Of a DNA stretch of 64,000 nt, positions 38,750-48,511 are shown piece by piece. Position numbers and translations under genes: made by a program. The notes under the pieces are model-generated. The model saw only the letters and a list, made by a program, of their open reading frames with translations. It was not told where the DNA came from and did not search any database. Position 1 is the first letter of the stretch. Every line of letters starts with the position of its first letter. The stretch spans positions 321,899 to 385,898 of the forward strand of contig JBGSQF010000013.1 in the NCBI GenBank assembly GCA_041738235.1, written 5' to 3'. Origin of the DNA: Minisyncoccia bacterium (lineage in GTDB: Bacteria > Patescibacteriota > Minisyncoccia > Moranbacterales > GCA-2747515).

Positions 38750-39183
38750 GGGGTTGTTTAGATTCGACAGGTTGTTATTTGACATAAGTAAGCAAGCCGG
38801 TTCACGCGCGGTAACACCGAAACCTTCTCCGCGCACTCGATAAGTGCAAACTTCATCACAAAAGCCAAAGACGCTATTGCGCGAGCATTTAGCACCTCTT
38901 TCGCTACCGCCCTGGCTTAATTGCCGAGGCCATCGAATTTCGTGACTCCTTATAACGAATGTTCGGTGTCATATGTATAAGGATAGTCCTCTTCCCCCTT
39001 CTCGAAGGAAGAAGGACGAAACCTCCGAGACCGCCTTAGATGTACTTTGTTTGTTTCTGGGCATCTTCGGTTGGTTCAGGTGAAGGGAAGTAATGCGCCT
39101 TTTATCTGTCAAACAAACTCTGCTTGAAGAAAGCTTTGTCATATCATCTCTGGACATGGGTGCAATTCCCATCAACTCCACCA
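38750..39183 (+). ncRNA. ssrA: tmRNA
   Basis: 5' GGGGTTG..GATTCGAC; 3' T arm and CAACTCCACCA with G3.U pair; tag ORF ANFITKAKDAIARAFSTSFATALA* (38846-38920); follows smpB. Confidence 0.92.
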
Positions 39184-39207
39184 ATACCGTTAACGTAAAA
39201 CATATTC

Positions 39208-39753
39208 ATGCGCAGAAGATTCAGACGTCCAAAAAAATTCAAAGTGATCGAACCAAAGTTCAAGGCCAACGAGAAGATCCTTTCTCCTCGTGTTTTTGTG
39301 ATAGACGAGAACAATGTTTCACTGGGAGATATGGATACTGCCAAGGCACTTGACCTCGCCAACGAACGTGGGTATGATCTGGTAGAGGTTTCACCAAAAG
39401 CAAATCCTCCAGTTTGTCGATTGATCGATTTTGGGAAGTTTCAATATCAACAGGCCAAGCAGGAACAACAAGCAAAGGCCAAACAGAAAAAAGTTGATAC
39501 CAAGGGGGTTCGCATCGGACTCCGAACCGACACTCACGATCTTCACTTCAAAAAAGTCCAGTCAGAGAAATTCCTCAAGAAAGGACATAAAGTAAAGATC
39601 GAGATCGTGCTCCGTGGTCGAGAAAAAGCCCATCAGGTTCTCGCCAAACAATCCTTGAAAGAATTCCTCTTATCCATTGAGGTTCCCCACACTGTCGAGG
39701 ATGAGATAAAAAGTTTCCCAGGGGGTTTTAATACACTTATCGCTCCGGAATAA
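39208..39753 (+). CDS. infC: Translation initiation factor IF-3
   Basis: DLVEVSPKANPPVCRLIDFGKF, GHKVK...RGRE. Confidence 0.95.
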   Translation: MRRRFRRPKKFKVIEPKFKANEKILSPRVFVIDENNVSLGDMDTAKALDLANERGYDLVEVSPKANPPVCRLIDFGKFQYQQAKQEQQAKAKQKKVDTKGVRIGLRTDTHDLHFKKVQSEKFLKKGHKVKIEIVLRGREKAHQVLAKQSLKEFLLSIEVPHTVEDEIKSFPGGFNTLIAPE

Positions 39754-39757
39754 ATAT

Positions 39758-39958
39758 ATGAAACAGAAGACCAAGAAATGTGTCGCAAAGAAGATCAGGG
39801 TAAGCGCTAAGAAGAAGATCCTTCGACGCCACAGCGGACAAAACCATTTTAACGCGAAAGAGTCAGGAAAGACCCGGAGAAACAAGCGCAAATCCCAAGG
39901 ACTGAATGCCACGGATTCACAAAACGTTCTACGAGCCGTTCCCTACATTCAATCGTAA
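39758..39958 (+). CDS. rpmI: 50S ribosomal protein L35
   Basis: KQKTKK..AKK, HFNAK; between infC and rplT. Confidence 0.9.
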   Translation: MKQKTKKCVAKKIRVSAKKKILRRHSGQNHFNAKESGKTRRNKRKSQGLNATDSQNVLRAVPYIQS

Positions 39959-40016
39959 CACGACTTTGATTCCAGAACAGTTATTTTGATCAATATTCAG
40001 CTAATAGAACACTATT

Positions 40017-40364
40017 ATGAGTCGAGTAAAACGAGGAGTAGCCGCTTCCAAACGGCGCAAGAACATCATTAAACAAGCAAAGGGATTCAAATGGAAAAGA
40101 AAATCCCATTATACCGCAGCCAAAGAGGCGGTGATCAAGGCAGGAAAGTATGCCTATCGAGATCGACGAACTAAAAAACGAGTGAATCGTCGCCTCTGGA
40201 TCACCCGACTCAACAATGCGGTACGTGAATTAGGGCTCACCTATCGAGAACTCATTCACCTCCAACAGGTAAAGAATAATACCCTGGACCGAAAAGTGCT
40301 TTCCGAAATGGCTGTAAAAGATCCGAAAATGTTTGCTCGCGTCATAGAGGAACTTAAGAAATAG
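40017..40364 (+). CDS. rplT: 50S ribosomal protein L20
   Basis: MSRVKRG, YAYRDRR.KKR..RRLWITRLN, LDRKVLSE. Confidence 0.96.
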   Translation: MSRVKRGVAASKRRKNIIKQAKGFKWKRKSHYTAAKEAVIKAGKYAYRDRRTKKRVNRRLWITRLNNAVRELGLTYRELIHLQQVKNNTLDRKVLSEMAVKDPKMFARVIEELKK

Positions 40365-40384
40365 CCCTTGATAATACTCAAAGA

Positions 40385-40412
40385 AAAGCACCTCTCTCGG
40401 GAGGTGTTTTTC
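40385..40412 (+). terminator. Terminator after rplT
   Basis: GCACCTC-tctcgg-GAGGTGTTTTT. Confidence 0.65.
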
Positions 40413-40428
40413 AATCAAAATACCACTT

Positions 40429-41388
40429 ATGTCATTACCACATAAAGCCCTTGCCCTTGTTGGCCCCACTGCCTCGGGAAAATCAGACATTGCCATTGCA
40501 CTTGCCAAGAAGTATCATGGCGAGATCATTTCCTGTGACTCACGGCAAGTGTACCGAGGAATGAACAAAGGGACTGGAAAAGTCATAAGAGACCAGATCA
40601 TTCTCTCCGACGAACGTGTCTTCTTATCTGAAGGCATACGACACTGGATGATCGATATTGTAGAACCTAGTACGATCTATAACGTTGTAAAATTTCAGAA
40701 AAAGACGAACCGTATCATTGCAGATATCTTCAAACGAGGAAAAATTCCTATTCTGTGTGGTGGTACCGGACTCTGGGCGCAAGCCGTTGTAGAAAACATG
40801 ACATTCCCCACAGCACTCCCAGATACAAGTATACGAAAGAAATTGATCGATACCACAACCGATGAATTACTGACTCAACTCACATCACTCGATCCTGATC
40901 GAGCAAAAGTTATTGATCCCAAAAATAGACATCGCCTCATCCGAGCAATAGAGATAGCAGTTCAAACAACAGAATACAAAGAACAGATACCACATAGATC
41001 AAAAAGAAATTTTATCTACACACCCATTGATTGGATCGTTATCGCAATAAATCCAAAGAGAGAAGTCCTTTTTGAAAAAATAGAGGAACGACTCAAAAAG
41101 CGACTCGAAGAGAGTATGATCGACGAGGTAGAAATACTCCACCAAGAGAAGAAAATATCGTGGACACGTCTTGATTCGTTTGGTCTTGAATATCGATGGA
41201 TCACACGCTACCTTCGGGGTTTTATTTCTTACCAAGAAATGCACGATAAACTCCTTTTCGACATTCGCCATTATGCTAAACGCCAACTCACCTGGCTAAG
41301 GCGCTGGGAAAAAATGGGACGAAAGATCCATTGGATCACCTCTCAAAAAGAAGCTCTCACAGTTTCTCAAACTTTCCTTAAAAAGTAG
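40429..41388 (+). CDS. miaA: tRNA dimethylallyltransferase
   Basis: GPTASGKS, DSRQVYRGM..GTGK, GGTGL, YAKRQLTW. Confidence 0.95.
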   Translation: MSLPHKALALVGPTASGKSDIAIALAKKYHGEIISCDSRQVYRGMNKGTGKVIRDQIILSDERVFLSEGIRHWMIDIVEPSTIYNVVKFQKKTNRIIADIFKRGKIPILCGGTGLWAQAVVENMTFPTALPDTSIRKKLIDTTTDELLTQLTSLDPDRAKVIDPKNRHRLIRAIEIAVQTTEYKEQIPHRSKRNFIYTPIDWIVIAINPKREVLFEKIEERLKKRLEESMIDEVEILHQEKKISWTRLDSFGLEYRWITRYLRGFISYQEMHDKLLFDIRHYAKRQLTWLRRWEKMGRKIHWITSQKEALTVSQTFLKK

Positions 41389-41427
41389 GGAGGCCGGCTG
41401 CGCGTTGCGCACACCGGCCCCAGACAC

Positions 41428-41643
41428 TCAGGAAATCCCACACTGCTTCAGAACCTCCTGAGGGGACATCCCTTCTGGGAGTCCATTCGGATATTGAAGA
41501 TGGGGATAACAGTACGACCTGCTACATGCTCCCACATACCCGCACCGAAATTGACCATTCCGGTCCGTACCAGAGACAAACGGGATCTCCGGATGGAGGC
41601 ACGTTTCATACCCTGCGGGACACTGTATCGCTCGCGCATTCAT
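41428..41643 (-). CDS. Small Cys-rich orphan protein (71 aa)
   Basis: GAGGTG SD; six Cys; hairpin downstream. Confidence 0.45.
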   Translation of the reverse strand: MNARAIQCPAGYETCLHPEIPFVSGTDRNGQFRCGYVGACSRSYCYPHLQYPNGLPEGMSPQEVLKQCGIS

Positions 41644-41680
41644 GTTTCCACCTCACCACTAAGGAGCTAATGAAAACCAC

Positions 41681-42643
41681 TCACTGAGTGGCTGTTGATA
41701 ATACCCTTTTCCTCCGACCTTTGTCGGAAATTTCCAAAATCATTTTGAGAAGCACCATCCGGACATAAAGCCCATTCTCTACTTGTCGAAAATACCCCGC
41801 TCGAAGATCACTATCCACTTCCGGATCGATCTCACCCACACGAGGCAGTGGATGCAAAACAACCGATCGTTTCTTCATTTTTCTCATCCAGCTTCTGTCC
41901 AGAACGTACTTCCCAGCGACTTTCTCGTAAACATCCGCTCTGTCCCCAAAACGTTCCTTCTGGATACGCGTCTGATATACTACATCCACCTTGGAAAGCA
42001 CACCTAACACATCTTCTCGTTCCTCAAAGTCAACTTGTTTTTTCCGAAGATACGTAAGAATATCTTTTCGCATCGCCACTTCCTTCGGTGCCACAAAGTA
42101 GATCTTCTTTACCTTGAATTTCGTTAAAAGATATGTCAGTGAATGCACCGTACGTCCATACAATAGATCCCCCACAAAGACAATGGAAATGCCGTCAATT
42201 TTTCCTATCTCTCGTTGTATCGTAAAAAGATCAAGAAGTGCTTGTGTAGGATGCTGCCCCGCTCCGTCCCCTGCATTGATAATAGGAACTGAACTTGCTT
42301 GGGCCGCTCGATCCGCCGCTCCTGTGTCAAAATGTCGAAGTACAATAGCATCCGCATATTTCCCTACAACACGCATTGTGTCTTCCAACGTTTCTCCCTT
42401 GGCTGCCGAAGAGAATTCTCGAGCATTTTCCGTCGTGATCACCGATGCCCCCAACTGAAGCGCTGCGGATTCGAACGAAAGACGCGTACGTGTGGAAGGT
42501 TCGTAAAAAAGCGTGGCAACGATCTTTCCTCGGAGCGTTTCTCCGTACTCGCTCCGATCCATAGACTGCAGATCTTCTGCTTCCAAAAATATCCTCTCCA
42601 TTGTCCCCCTATCAAATTGTTGTGCCCGTATAACATGCTTCAT
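41681..42643 (-). CDS. pyrB: Aspartate carbamoyltransferase catalytic subunit
   Basis: FYEPSTRTRLSFE, KGETLED, NAGDG..QHPTQALLD, TRIQKERF, HPLPR. Confidence 0.95.
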   Translation of the reverse strand: MKHVIRAQQFDRGTMERIFLEAEDLQSMDRSEYGETLRGKIVATLFYEPSTRTRLSFESAALQLGASVITTENAREFSSAAKGETLEDTMRVVGKYADAIVLRHFDTGAADRAAQASSVPIINAGDGAGQHPTQALLDLFTIQREIGKIDGISIVFVGDLLYGRTVHSLTYLLTKFKVKKIYFVAPKEVAMRKDILTYLRKKQVDFEEREDVLGVLSKVDVVYQTRIQKERFGDRADVYEKVAGKYVLDRSWMRKMKKRSVVLHPLPRVGEIDPEVDSDLRAGYFRQVENGLYVRMVLLKMILEISDKGRRKRVLSTATQ

Positions 42644-42667
42644 ATATTTGAAAGTATTTTTGGACCA

Positions 42668-42781
42668 GAAAAAAACCGCCACAGGGGCGGTCTTATAAGA
42701 TCGTTTCAAATTTATTTTTGGTTGTTGCGGTAATTTCTTTCATATTTTCCCTTATTGTACTCTCCTACTTTTAGATGTCAA
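42668..42781 (-). promoter_or_regulatory. pyrB leader: promoter, 16-aa leader ORF and attenuator-like terminator
   Basis: TTGACA-16-TACAAT; ORF 42743-42693 MKEITATTKNKFETIL*; ACCGCC-cctgt-GGCGGT-TTTTTT. Confidence 0.65.
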
Positions 42782-42803
42782 ACAGGAGTTATCCACACTC
42801 GAT

Positions 42804-44270
42804 CTATATAATGTTCTTCTTCAGGATCTCCATCACCACTCCCGGATTCGCCTTGCCTTGAGTTTCTTTCATTACCTGACCCATCAAATATTGAAGGGCA
42901 TTCTGTTTTCCTGCACGATAGTCTGCAACAGATTTCTTATTTGCCTCTAATACCTTTTCTACCACCTCTTCCAGCTCGCCAGCATCGTTCGTTTGGGCGA
43001 GATTCTTTTCCGCAATAATATGATCCGGATCATCCCCCGTTTCATACATAGCAGCTAATACCGTTTGTGCTGCACTTGAGTTTATGCGCTCATCCACGAC
43101 CAACGCAATAAGTTCCGCAAAGTTCTCTGGCGTTATTTTTACATCCTGAATATTCTCTCCCTTCTCAATAAGATGCTTTCGTAGTTCAGTGATACTATAA
43201 TTTACCGCTAGTTTCCTTGCCCTTTCAATAACATCCCTGATCTCTTGAGATTGCTTCTTTTCATCAAGCTCGCTCATAACCCGCTCAAAGTACTCTGCAA
43301 ATCCCTTGTCTGACACTAAGATCTCTGCGTCCTTGTCCTCAATGCCATACTGCAAAATAAATCTTCCTCGCTTTACATCAGGCATCTCGGGTAGTAACAT
43401 GCGCAATCTTTCCACATACTCCGGCGTAAACTCCATCGGGGGAATATCTGGTTCAGGAAAATACCGATAATCGTGTGCCGACTCCTTCTTTCTCTGAGAG
43501 AATGTGATCGATCGATTATCATCCCAACCCCGCGTTTCTTGTACCACCTGTTCACTTGAGTCCAACACCTCTGTTTGTCTTTTGATCTCATAAACTATGG
43601 CGCGCTCCACTGATCGAAAGGAGTTCAAATTCTTCACCTCGACTTTCGTTCCACTCAAACGATCCTGTCCCTTCTTATGAAGAGAAATATTTGCCTCACA
43701 ACGCATCTGCCCCTTTTCCATATCAGCATCACTTACCGAAAGATACCGCAAGATCTGCTGAAGTTTCTGACAAAACTTCCGTGCCTGTTCACCACTTTCA
43801 ATATCTGGTTCTGTTACCAATTCCATAAGCGGAACACTCGAACGATTGAGATCCACCAGTGTTCCTCCGTTTACTTTATCATGCTGTGATTTCCCCGTGT
43901 CCTCCTCCATATGCACACGCGTGATACCTACACGTTTCCCATCGATCTCTAAAGATCCCTCCTCCACGAGAGGTTCATCATATTGAGAGATCTGATACCC
44001 CTTGGGAAGATCAGGATAAAAGTAGTTCTTTCGATCAAATTTTGACTTGAGATTCACTCGACATCCTAAAGCAAGTCCCACCTTTTGCACAAACTCGATG
44101 GCTTGTCGATTTGGAACGGGAATTGCCCCCGGTTGACCCGTACATACCGGACAAATATGAATATTCGGTTCCTTCTCAAGTCCCAAGCCATTTTTACAAC
44201 GACAAAACATCTTAGACTTGGTCTTTAATTCACAATGGACCTCCATGCCAATGACGGGAATGTATTTCAT
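42804..44270 (-). CDS. gatB: Asp/Glu-tRNA amidotransferase subunit B
   Basis: IGMEVH, FDRKNYFYPDLPKGYQISQ, HMEEDTGKS, YRYFPEPD. Confidence 0.97.
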   Translation of the reverse strand: MKYIPVIGMEVHCELKTKSKMFCRCKNGLGLEKEPNIHICPVCTGQPGAIPVPNRQAIEFVQKVGLALGCRVNLKSKFDRKNYFYPDLPKGYQISQYDEPLVEEGSLEIDGKRVGITRVHMEEDTGKSQHDKVNGGTLVDLNRSSVPLMELVTEPDIESGEQARKFCQKLQQILRYLSVSDADMEKGQMRCEANISLHKKGQDRLSGTKVEVKNLNSFRSVERAIVYEIKRQTEVLDSSEQVVQETRGWDDNRSITFSQRKKESAHDYRYFPEPDIPPMEFTPEYVERLRMLLPEMPDVKRGRFILQYGIEDKDAEILVSDKGFAEYFERVMSELDEKKQSQEIRDVIERARKLAVNYSITELRKHLIEKGENIQDVKITPENFAELIALVVDERINSSAAQTVLAAMYETGDDPDHIIAEKNLAQTNDAGELEEVVEKVLEANKKSVADYRAGKQNALQYLMGQVMKETQGKANPGVVMEILKKNII

Positions 44271-44309
44271 ATATTTTTAGACATGCCGTATATAAACCCT
44301 CAAAATAGT

Positions 44310-44855
44310 TCAGACTATCCCCCGAATCACCTCATCCACCTTTGTCTGCAATTCGTCTCTGCCTCGTTCATTTATCACTACAAAATCTGCCATAGCAATA
44401 GGGCCCCCTTGGCTCAAATTGACGATCTGCGCATAATCACGCGACCGAGCCTCTTCCAGCGTAAGAGGTCGATCCGGACGATGCAAAAGACGCGCGTACC
44501 GAGTCTTTGGGGAACTGTGGACAGCAATAGTGGTCATGCTCTCACCAAAACGGTCTTTGAGTACCAAAAACTCTTCCCAGCTATAAAGACTCTCCACCAA
44601 CACCACATCTTCCCCGGAGAGCATTTCTAATTTCTCAATTACCTTGCGGGCATAATAATCCTGTCCATGAAGGGCACGGAGGTCTTCTCTCACCAGTCGC
44701 TCATTGGCTTGTATTGGTTCAAGTCCACGAAGCTTCATTTCATCAAAGGTTACCTCCCCAAAATACACCTTTTTCCATTGGTGTTTTTGCATTAAATACT
44801 CTATAACTTCCGTTTTTCCAGATCCCGGCATCCCAAGAAGTGCAATCACTTTCAT
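44310..44855 (-). CDS. P-loop nucleotide kinase (archaeal dephospho-CoA kinase/adenylate kinase-like)
   Basis: GMPGSGKT, RYARL..R.DRP, GGPIAMAD. Confidence 0.75.
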   Translation of the reverse strand: MKVIALLGMPGSGKTEVIEYLMQKHQWKKVYFGEVTFDEMKLRGLEPIQANERLVREDLRALHGQDYYARKVIEKLEMLSGEDVVLVESLYSWEEFLVLKDRFGESMTTIAVHSSPKTRYARLLHRPDRPLTLEEARSRDYAQIVNLSQGGPIAMADFVVINERGRDELQTKVDEVIRGIV

Positions 44856-44899
44856 AGCGTCATATAAATTTTTACAGATTCGTTATCCCTGGTTGGTCA

Positions 44900-45385
44900 T
44901 TACCGCTCCAGTACCACAAACCGATACTGAAAATTCTCATCTTGACTCGGTCGGTCACTTATAGTTTTCCCGAAACTTCCCTCATATTCAGGAAAAAAAA
45001 CATCGGCATCAGGAAAACTGGCATCGATCAACGTCAAATATAATCTATCAGATTTTGGAAGAAAAAGCGAGTACACCATCGCCCCACCAATGACAAAAGC
45101 CTCCCCATCCTTCTCATACTGCTCAGCCAATAGAAGGGCCTCCTTCAGGCTGTACGCCACGATCACTCCCTCGAAAGCAAAATTTTTATCTTGGGTAAGA
45201 ACAATATTTACCCTTTTTGGAAGCGGTCGACCAATCGATTCAAACGTCCTTTGTCCCATGATCACTACATGCCCACGCGTAGTATCACGAAAATATTGCA
45301 TATCTTCAGGAATGTTCCACAGTAGAGCATTATTTTTCCCTAATTCTCGATTTTTTCCAACAGCCGCGACCATAGAAAGGATCAT
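44900..45385 (-). CDS. folA: Dihydrofolate reductase
   Basis: LLWNIPEDMQYF, VIMGQRTFESIGRPLPKR, VIGGAMVY. Confidence 0.95.
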   Translation of the reverse strand: MILSMVAAVGKNRELGKNNALLWNIPEDMQYFRDTTRGHVVIMGQRTFESIGRPLPKRVNIVLTQDKNFAFEGVIVAYSLKEALLLAEQYEKDGEAFVIGGAMVYSLFLPKSDRLYLTLIDASFPDADVFFPEYEGSFGKTISDRPSQDENFQYRFVVLER

Positions 45386-45395
45386 AAATAGACAG

Positions 45396-46040
45396 TTAGG
45401 GTTTAAAAATAGATGAATATATTTCCTCGGAAATTTCCTCAACAGGTCGTAAAACTCCCCTCCGCACACATTGAATCGTAACCCATCCATACCTTTTTGC
45501 CAACCATCGAGCACACCGAGATGATCGATCCTGGTACACCCTGTTTTTCTCTGCCATATCCCGATCTTTTTCTTGGATCATATCACGCGAAACAAGAACA
45601 GGAACATGCAAGAATACCGTCTTGTTTGGTTTTGGCAGTCCAAGAACGCCATACTCTAGACCTTCGATCCATTGTAAAAATTCTTTTCTTTGTGAATTAT
45701 TCAGGATCTTTCCCCCTTGATGGATCTGGTTAGAGCTCACATACCGGTCTAGAACGACTATACACCCTTCCTTGAGCCACCGCTCAATCTTCTGCTTCGA
45801 TTCAAAACGATCCACAGCATACAGCACTGAAGCGATACGCGCATCCAACTCCATAAAACCTCCATGCAAACCTCGTAAACACTCCCCGATCAACCCGCCA
45901 CAAATATTCTTTTCATACTGGGGAAAATCAAGCGTCCGCACCTTGTGTCCCATTTGCCTCAACCGTTTTACCAACGATCTCGCCTGTGTCGCTTTCCCCG
46001 ACCCGTCTATTCCATCAATAACGATAAGTTTGCCTTTCAT
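45396..46040 (-). CDS. tmk: Thymidylate kinase
   Basis: DGIDGSGKATQ, DFPQY, LDRYVSSN.IHQ. Confidence 0.88.
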   Translation of the reverse strand: MKGKLIVIDGIDGSGKATQARSLVKRLRQMGHKVRTLDFPQYEKNICGGLIGECLRGLHGGFMELDARIASVLYAVDRFESKQKIERWLKEGCIVVLDRYVSSNQIHQGGKILNNSQRKEFLQWIEGLEYGVLGLPKPNKTVFLHVPVLVSRDMIQEKDRDMAEKNRVYQDRSSRCARWLAKRYGWVTIQCVRRGVLRPVEEISEEIYSSIFKP

Positions 46041-46801
46041 ACAAAGTCAATATCCGCAATACACTGATAATGATCCGCCTCAAGTTTCCGAATCTCATAC
46101 CTACTCACTTTCCAGTGTTTTGATAGTAGAATGTGATCCTGCTGACCTTTTCCTGGAGCTGTTTCTGTGTCGGTAAACACTTCAAAGAAGTTTCCTACAG
46201 AAAAAACTCTCGGAAGCATTTCTGCTAGATACGAGTAATTGAAATCCCCCACCAATACTGTCGGAACCTTTTTATATTGCAACACGAAATTTTCAATTGT
46301 GTCACGTACATTTTGAAACTCCCCCTCCATAGCATTCCTTCCAAGATAGTGATACGCAACTAAATGCGTATTGAGCAACATCACTTCCTGACCATCCACA
46401 TCCAAACAAGAACACGCTATGCCCACATCCAACGATCTCCAAACATCTCCATTTTCTCGAACCTTTTGAAGGTTTGGATTTGGCAATTCAAAGAAAAAAC
46501 TTTCTTTGATCGGGTATCGAGAAAAGTTCGCCAGAGATAACCAACTTTCTTCTTTAATATGCGACTCCCCATACGGATAGTTCTCACTTCGATTATAGCC
46601 CACCTTCGAGACCATTTCTGAAAAGGTCATCGTCTTTCCAGCCAAAGCATGATGCGTTTCTTGAAGTCCAACTATATCAGCATTGATGTCCAAAATATGC
46701 CTCAAAAAATACTCTTGATCCTCCTTCTCATGCTGGTATCCATCTTGCAGAGTACCCAAAAATCGGTGTTCCCCACCAACATTCCATGACAAAATTCTCA
46801 T
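46037..46801 (-). CDS. Endonuclease/exonuclease/phosphatase (EEP) family protein
   Basis: ILSWNV, GLQE, NTHL, GDFN, DHI, ADH. Confidence 0.88.
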   Translation of the reverse strand: MRILSWNVGGEHRFLGTLQDGYQHEKEDQEYFLRHILDINADIVGLQETHHALAGKTMTFSEMVSKVGYNRSENYPYGESHIKEESWLSLANFSRYPIKESFFFELPNPNLQKVRENGDVWRSLDVGIACSCLDVDGQEVMLLNTHLVAYHYLGRNAMEGEFQNVRDTIENFVLQYKKVPTVLVGDFNYSYLAEMLPRVFSVGNFFEVFTDTETAPGKGQQDHILLSKHWKVSRYEIRKLEADHYQCIADIDFV

Positions 46802-47253
46802 AAAGTTCCCTTAATGCCCTCAATAAGTAAACTCTGCGCATCCCGTACCGCGTTTTTTACATTAGGCAAAGTTACACTGAGATGGTTGAGTGCCTGCATA
46901 GAAACCCATTGTGGCTCTGTTTCTTTCGAAGACACCAATTCTCCAACATACTTCGTGCACACGTATATATCCACGGAAAACCTTTTCACAATACCGTCCT
47001 TTCTTTGAATGTCCGCACAATATTGTTTTACAAAGCTCAGCTCCCTCATATTCACTTCCAGACCGGTTTCTTCTTTAAGTTCTCGTGCTGCCGCATCAAT
47101 GCTCGCCTCTCCTTTCTGGATCCTCCCAGCTGGCAAACCATAAACATCCGTCAAATGTGAGGCCCCTTCAAGGTGCTTCACAAGTAGCACCTGTCCCCCG
47201 TCATTAAATACTACCACACCCGCCGTCGGAACAATTTGTGGATCTTGCGCCAT
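46798..47253 (-). CDS. NUDIX hydrolase
   Basis: Intact Nudix box GRIQKGEASIDAAARELKEETG. Confidence 0.9.
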   Translation of the reverse strand: MAQDPQIVPTAGVVVFNDGGQVLLVKHLEGASHLTDVYGLPAGRIQKGEASIDAAARELKEETGLEVNMRELSFVKQYCADIQRKDGIVKRFSVDIYVCTKYVGELVSSKETEPQWVSMQALNHLSVTLPNVKNAVRDAQSLLIEGIKGTL

Positions 47254-47297
47254 ATTTCAACAATTTCTTAACAAATTCTTTGCCCCTGAAAAATGAA

Positions 47298-48290
47298 TTA
47301 TTTCTTCTCCATATACTTTCGCCAATTTTTTCGAAAATCATCTGTGTAAACCCCGCCCGTTGTAGACATAGTGGCACGAATCGAGGGGTGTGTTTTATAT
47401 CCATCAAGATGCGCATGCTCGGGAAGAAAATCGTCGATATCTTTTACGACATCATCTATGGTCAATGTTGGGAATTTGAATGGTTTTCGGGTAAGCTGTT
47501 CCTTTACCTGCTCAAAATGATCCCCATAGATATGCGCATCCCCAAATGTATGGATAAATTCCCCAGGTTCATTTCCTGTCGCACGAGCTAGAATATATGC
47601 AAGAAGAGCATAACTTGCGATGTTGAATGGTACACCCAAAAACATATCAGCACTACGCTGATAGAGCTGAAGCGAAAGCTTCCCATTTTTGACATTGACC
47701 TGATACATATTATGGCAAATGGGAAATCGGCACGCTTCTTTGGGAAGTGCCATACCATAGAGGTATTCCGGGTTCCAAGAATTGACCAATGCGTTGTGGC
47801 AATCAGGGTCACGCTTTACCTCCTCTACTATCCATCGAACCTGATCCACTGTCCGCCCATTCCTGGCTGGCCACCTTCGCCAAAGCTCTCCATAGATCTT
47901 CGGGAGTTCCCCCCACCTCGAAGCAAATCGTTTATCGGCTTTGATCTTTTGGATAAATTCCTTTTTGGTCAACTTGGACAGCGATCTCCTCTTGGACTGC
48001 TTTTCCAAATAGATCTTGTAGGGGTAATCATTCCAGATCGGCACTTTATTCTCAATAAGGTATTTAATGTTACTTTGTCCCGACAAAAACCAATACAACT
48101 CATGCAAAACCCCTTTCCAATACACTTCTTTGGTGGTCAGAAGTGGAAAACCCTTGGAAAGATCAAATCGGATCTGTCGCCCAAACACACTATACGTCAC
48201 CGCGCCCGTTCCCTTATCATCTTGCCGAACCCCATTCTTGAGGATATCCTCCAACAGGTCAAGATACTGATATTCTGGATGTTTTGCCAT
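47298..48290 (-). CDS. thyA: Thymidylate synthase
   Basis: GFPLLTTK, ELYWFLSG, PICH, YQRSADMFLGVPFNIASY, GDAHIY. Confidence 0.95.
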   Translation of the reverse strand: MAKHPEYQYLDLLEDILKNGVRQDDKGTGAVTYSVFGRQIRFDLSKGFPLLTTKEVYWKGVLHELYWFLSGQSNIKYLIENKVPIWNDYPYKIYLEKQSKRRSLSKLTKKEFIQKIKADKRFASRWGELPKIYGELWRRWPARNGRTVDQVRWIVEEVKRDPDCHNALVNSWNPEYLYGMALPKEACRFPICHNMYQVNVKNGKLSLQLYQRSADMFLGVPFNIASYALLAYILARATGNEPGEFIHTFGDAHIYGDHFEQVKEQLTRKPFKFPTLTIDDVVKDIDDFLPEHAHLDGYKTHPSIRATMSTTGGVYTDDFRKNWRKYMEKK

Positions 48291-48296
48291 ATGTTT

Positions 48297-48494
48297 TTAT
48301 ACATTATCTTTTTTATTCAAAATAGCCACGCCAATACACACTACTAGATATACTCCCAGAACGAGAATACTGATGTTCTTCACAAATGAAAATGAGATTG
48401 AATACCGAACAGCCGCCAACAGATCAAAGAAAGGCAAAGAGACAATAATAAGTGTTGCGATCACTTTCTTCTTTGTAGGGAGAAAAAAATTCAT
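48297..48494 (-). CDS. Small 2-TM membrane protein
   Basis: Fills the gap in the operon; two hydrophobic segments. Confidence 0.5.
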   Translation of the reverse strand: MNFFLPTKKKVIATLIIVSLPFFDLLAAVRYSISFSFVKNISILVLGVYLVVCIGVAILNKKDNV

Positions 48495-48511
48495 GCATCT
48501 CTCGTTACCCC

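Noticed and set aside
39160-39210. Genomic island integrated at ssrA
   Set aside because: infC follows within 25 bp and no duplicated ssrA 3' end was seen
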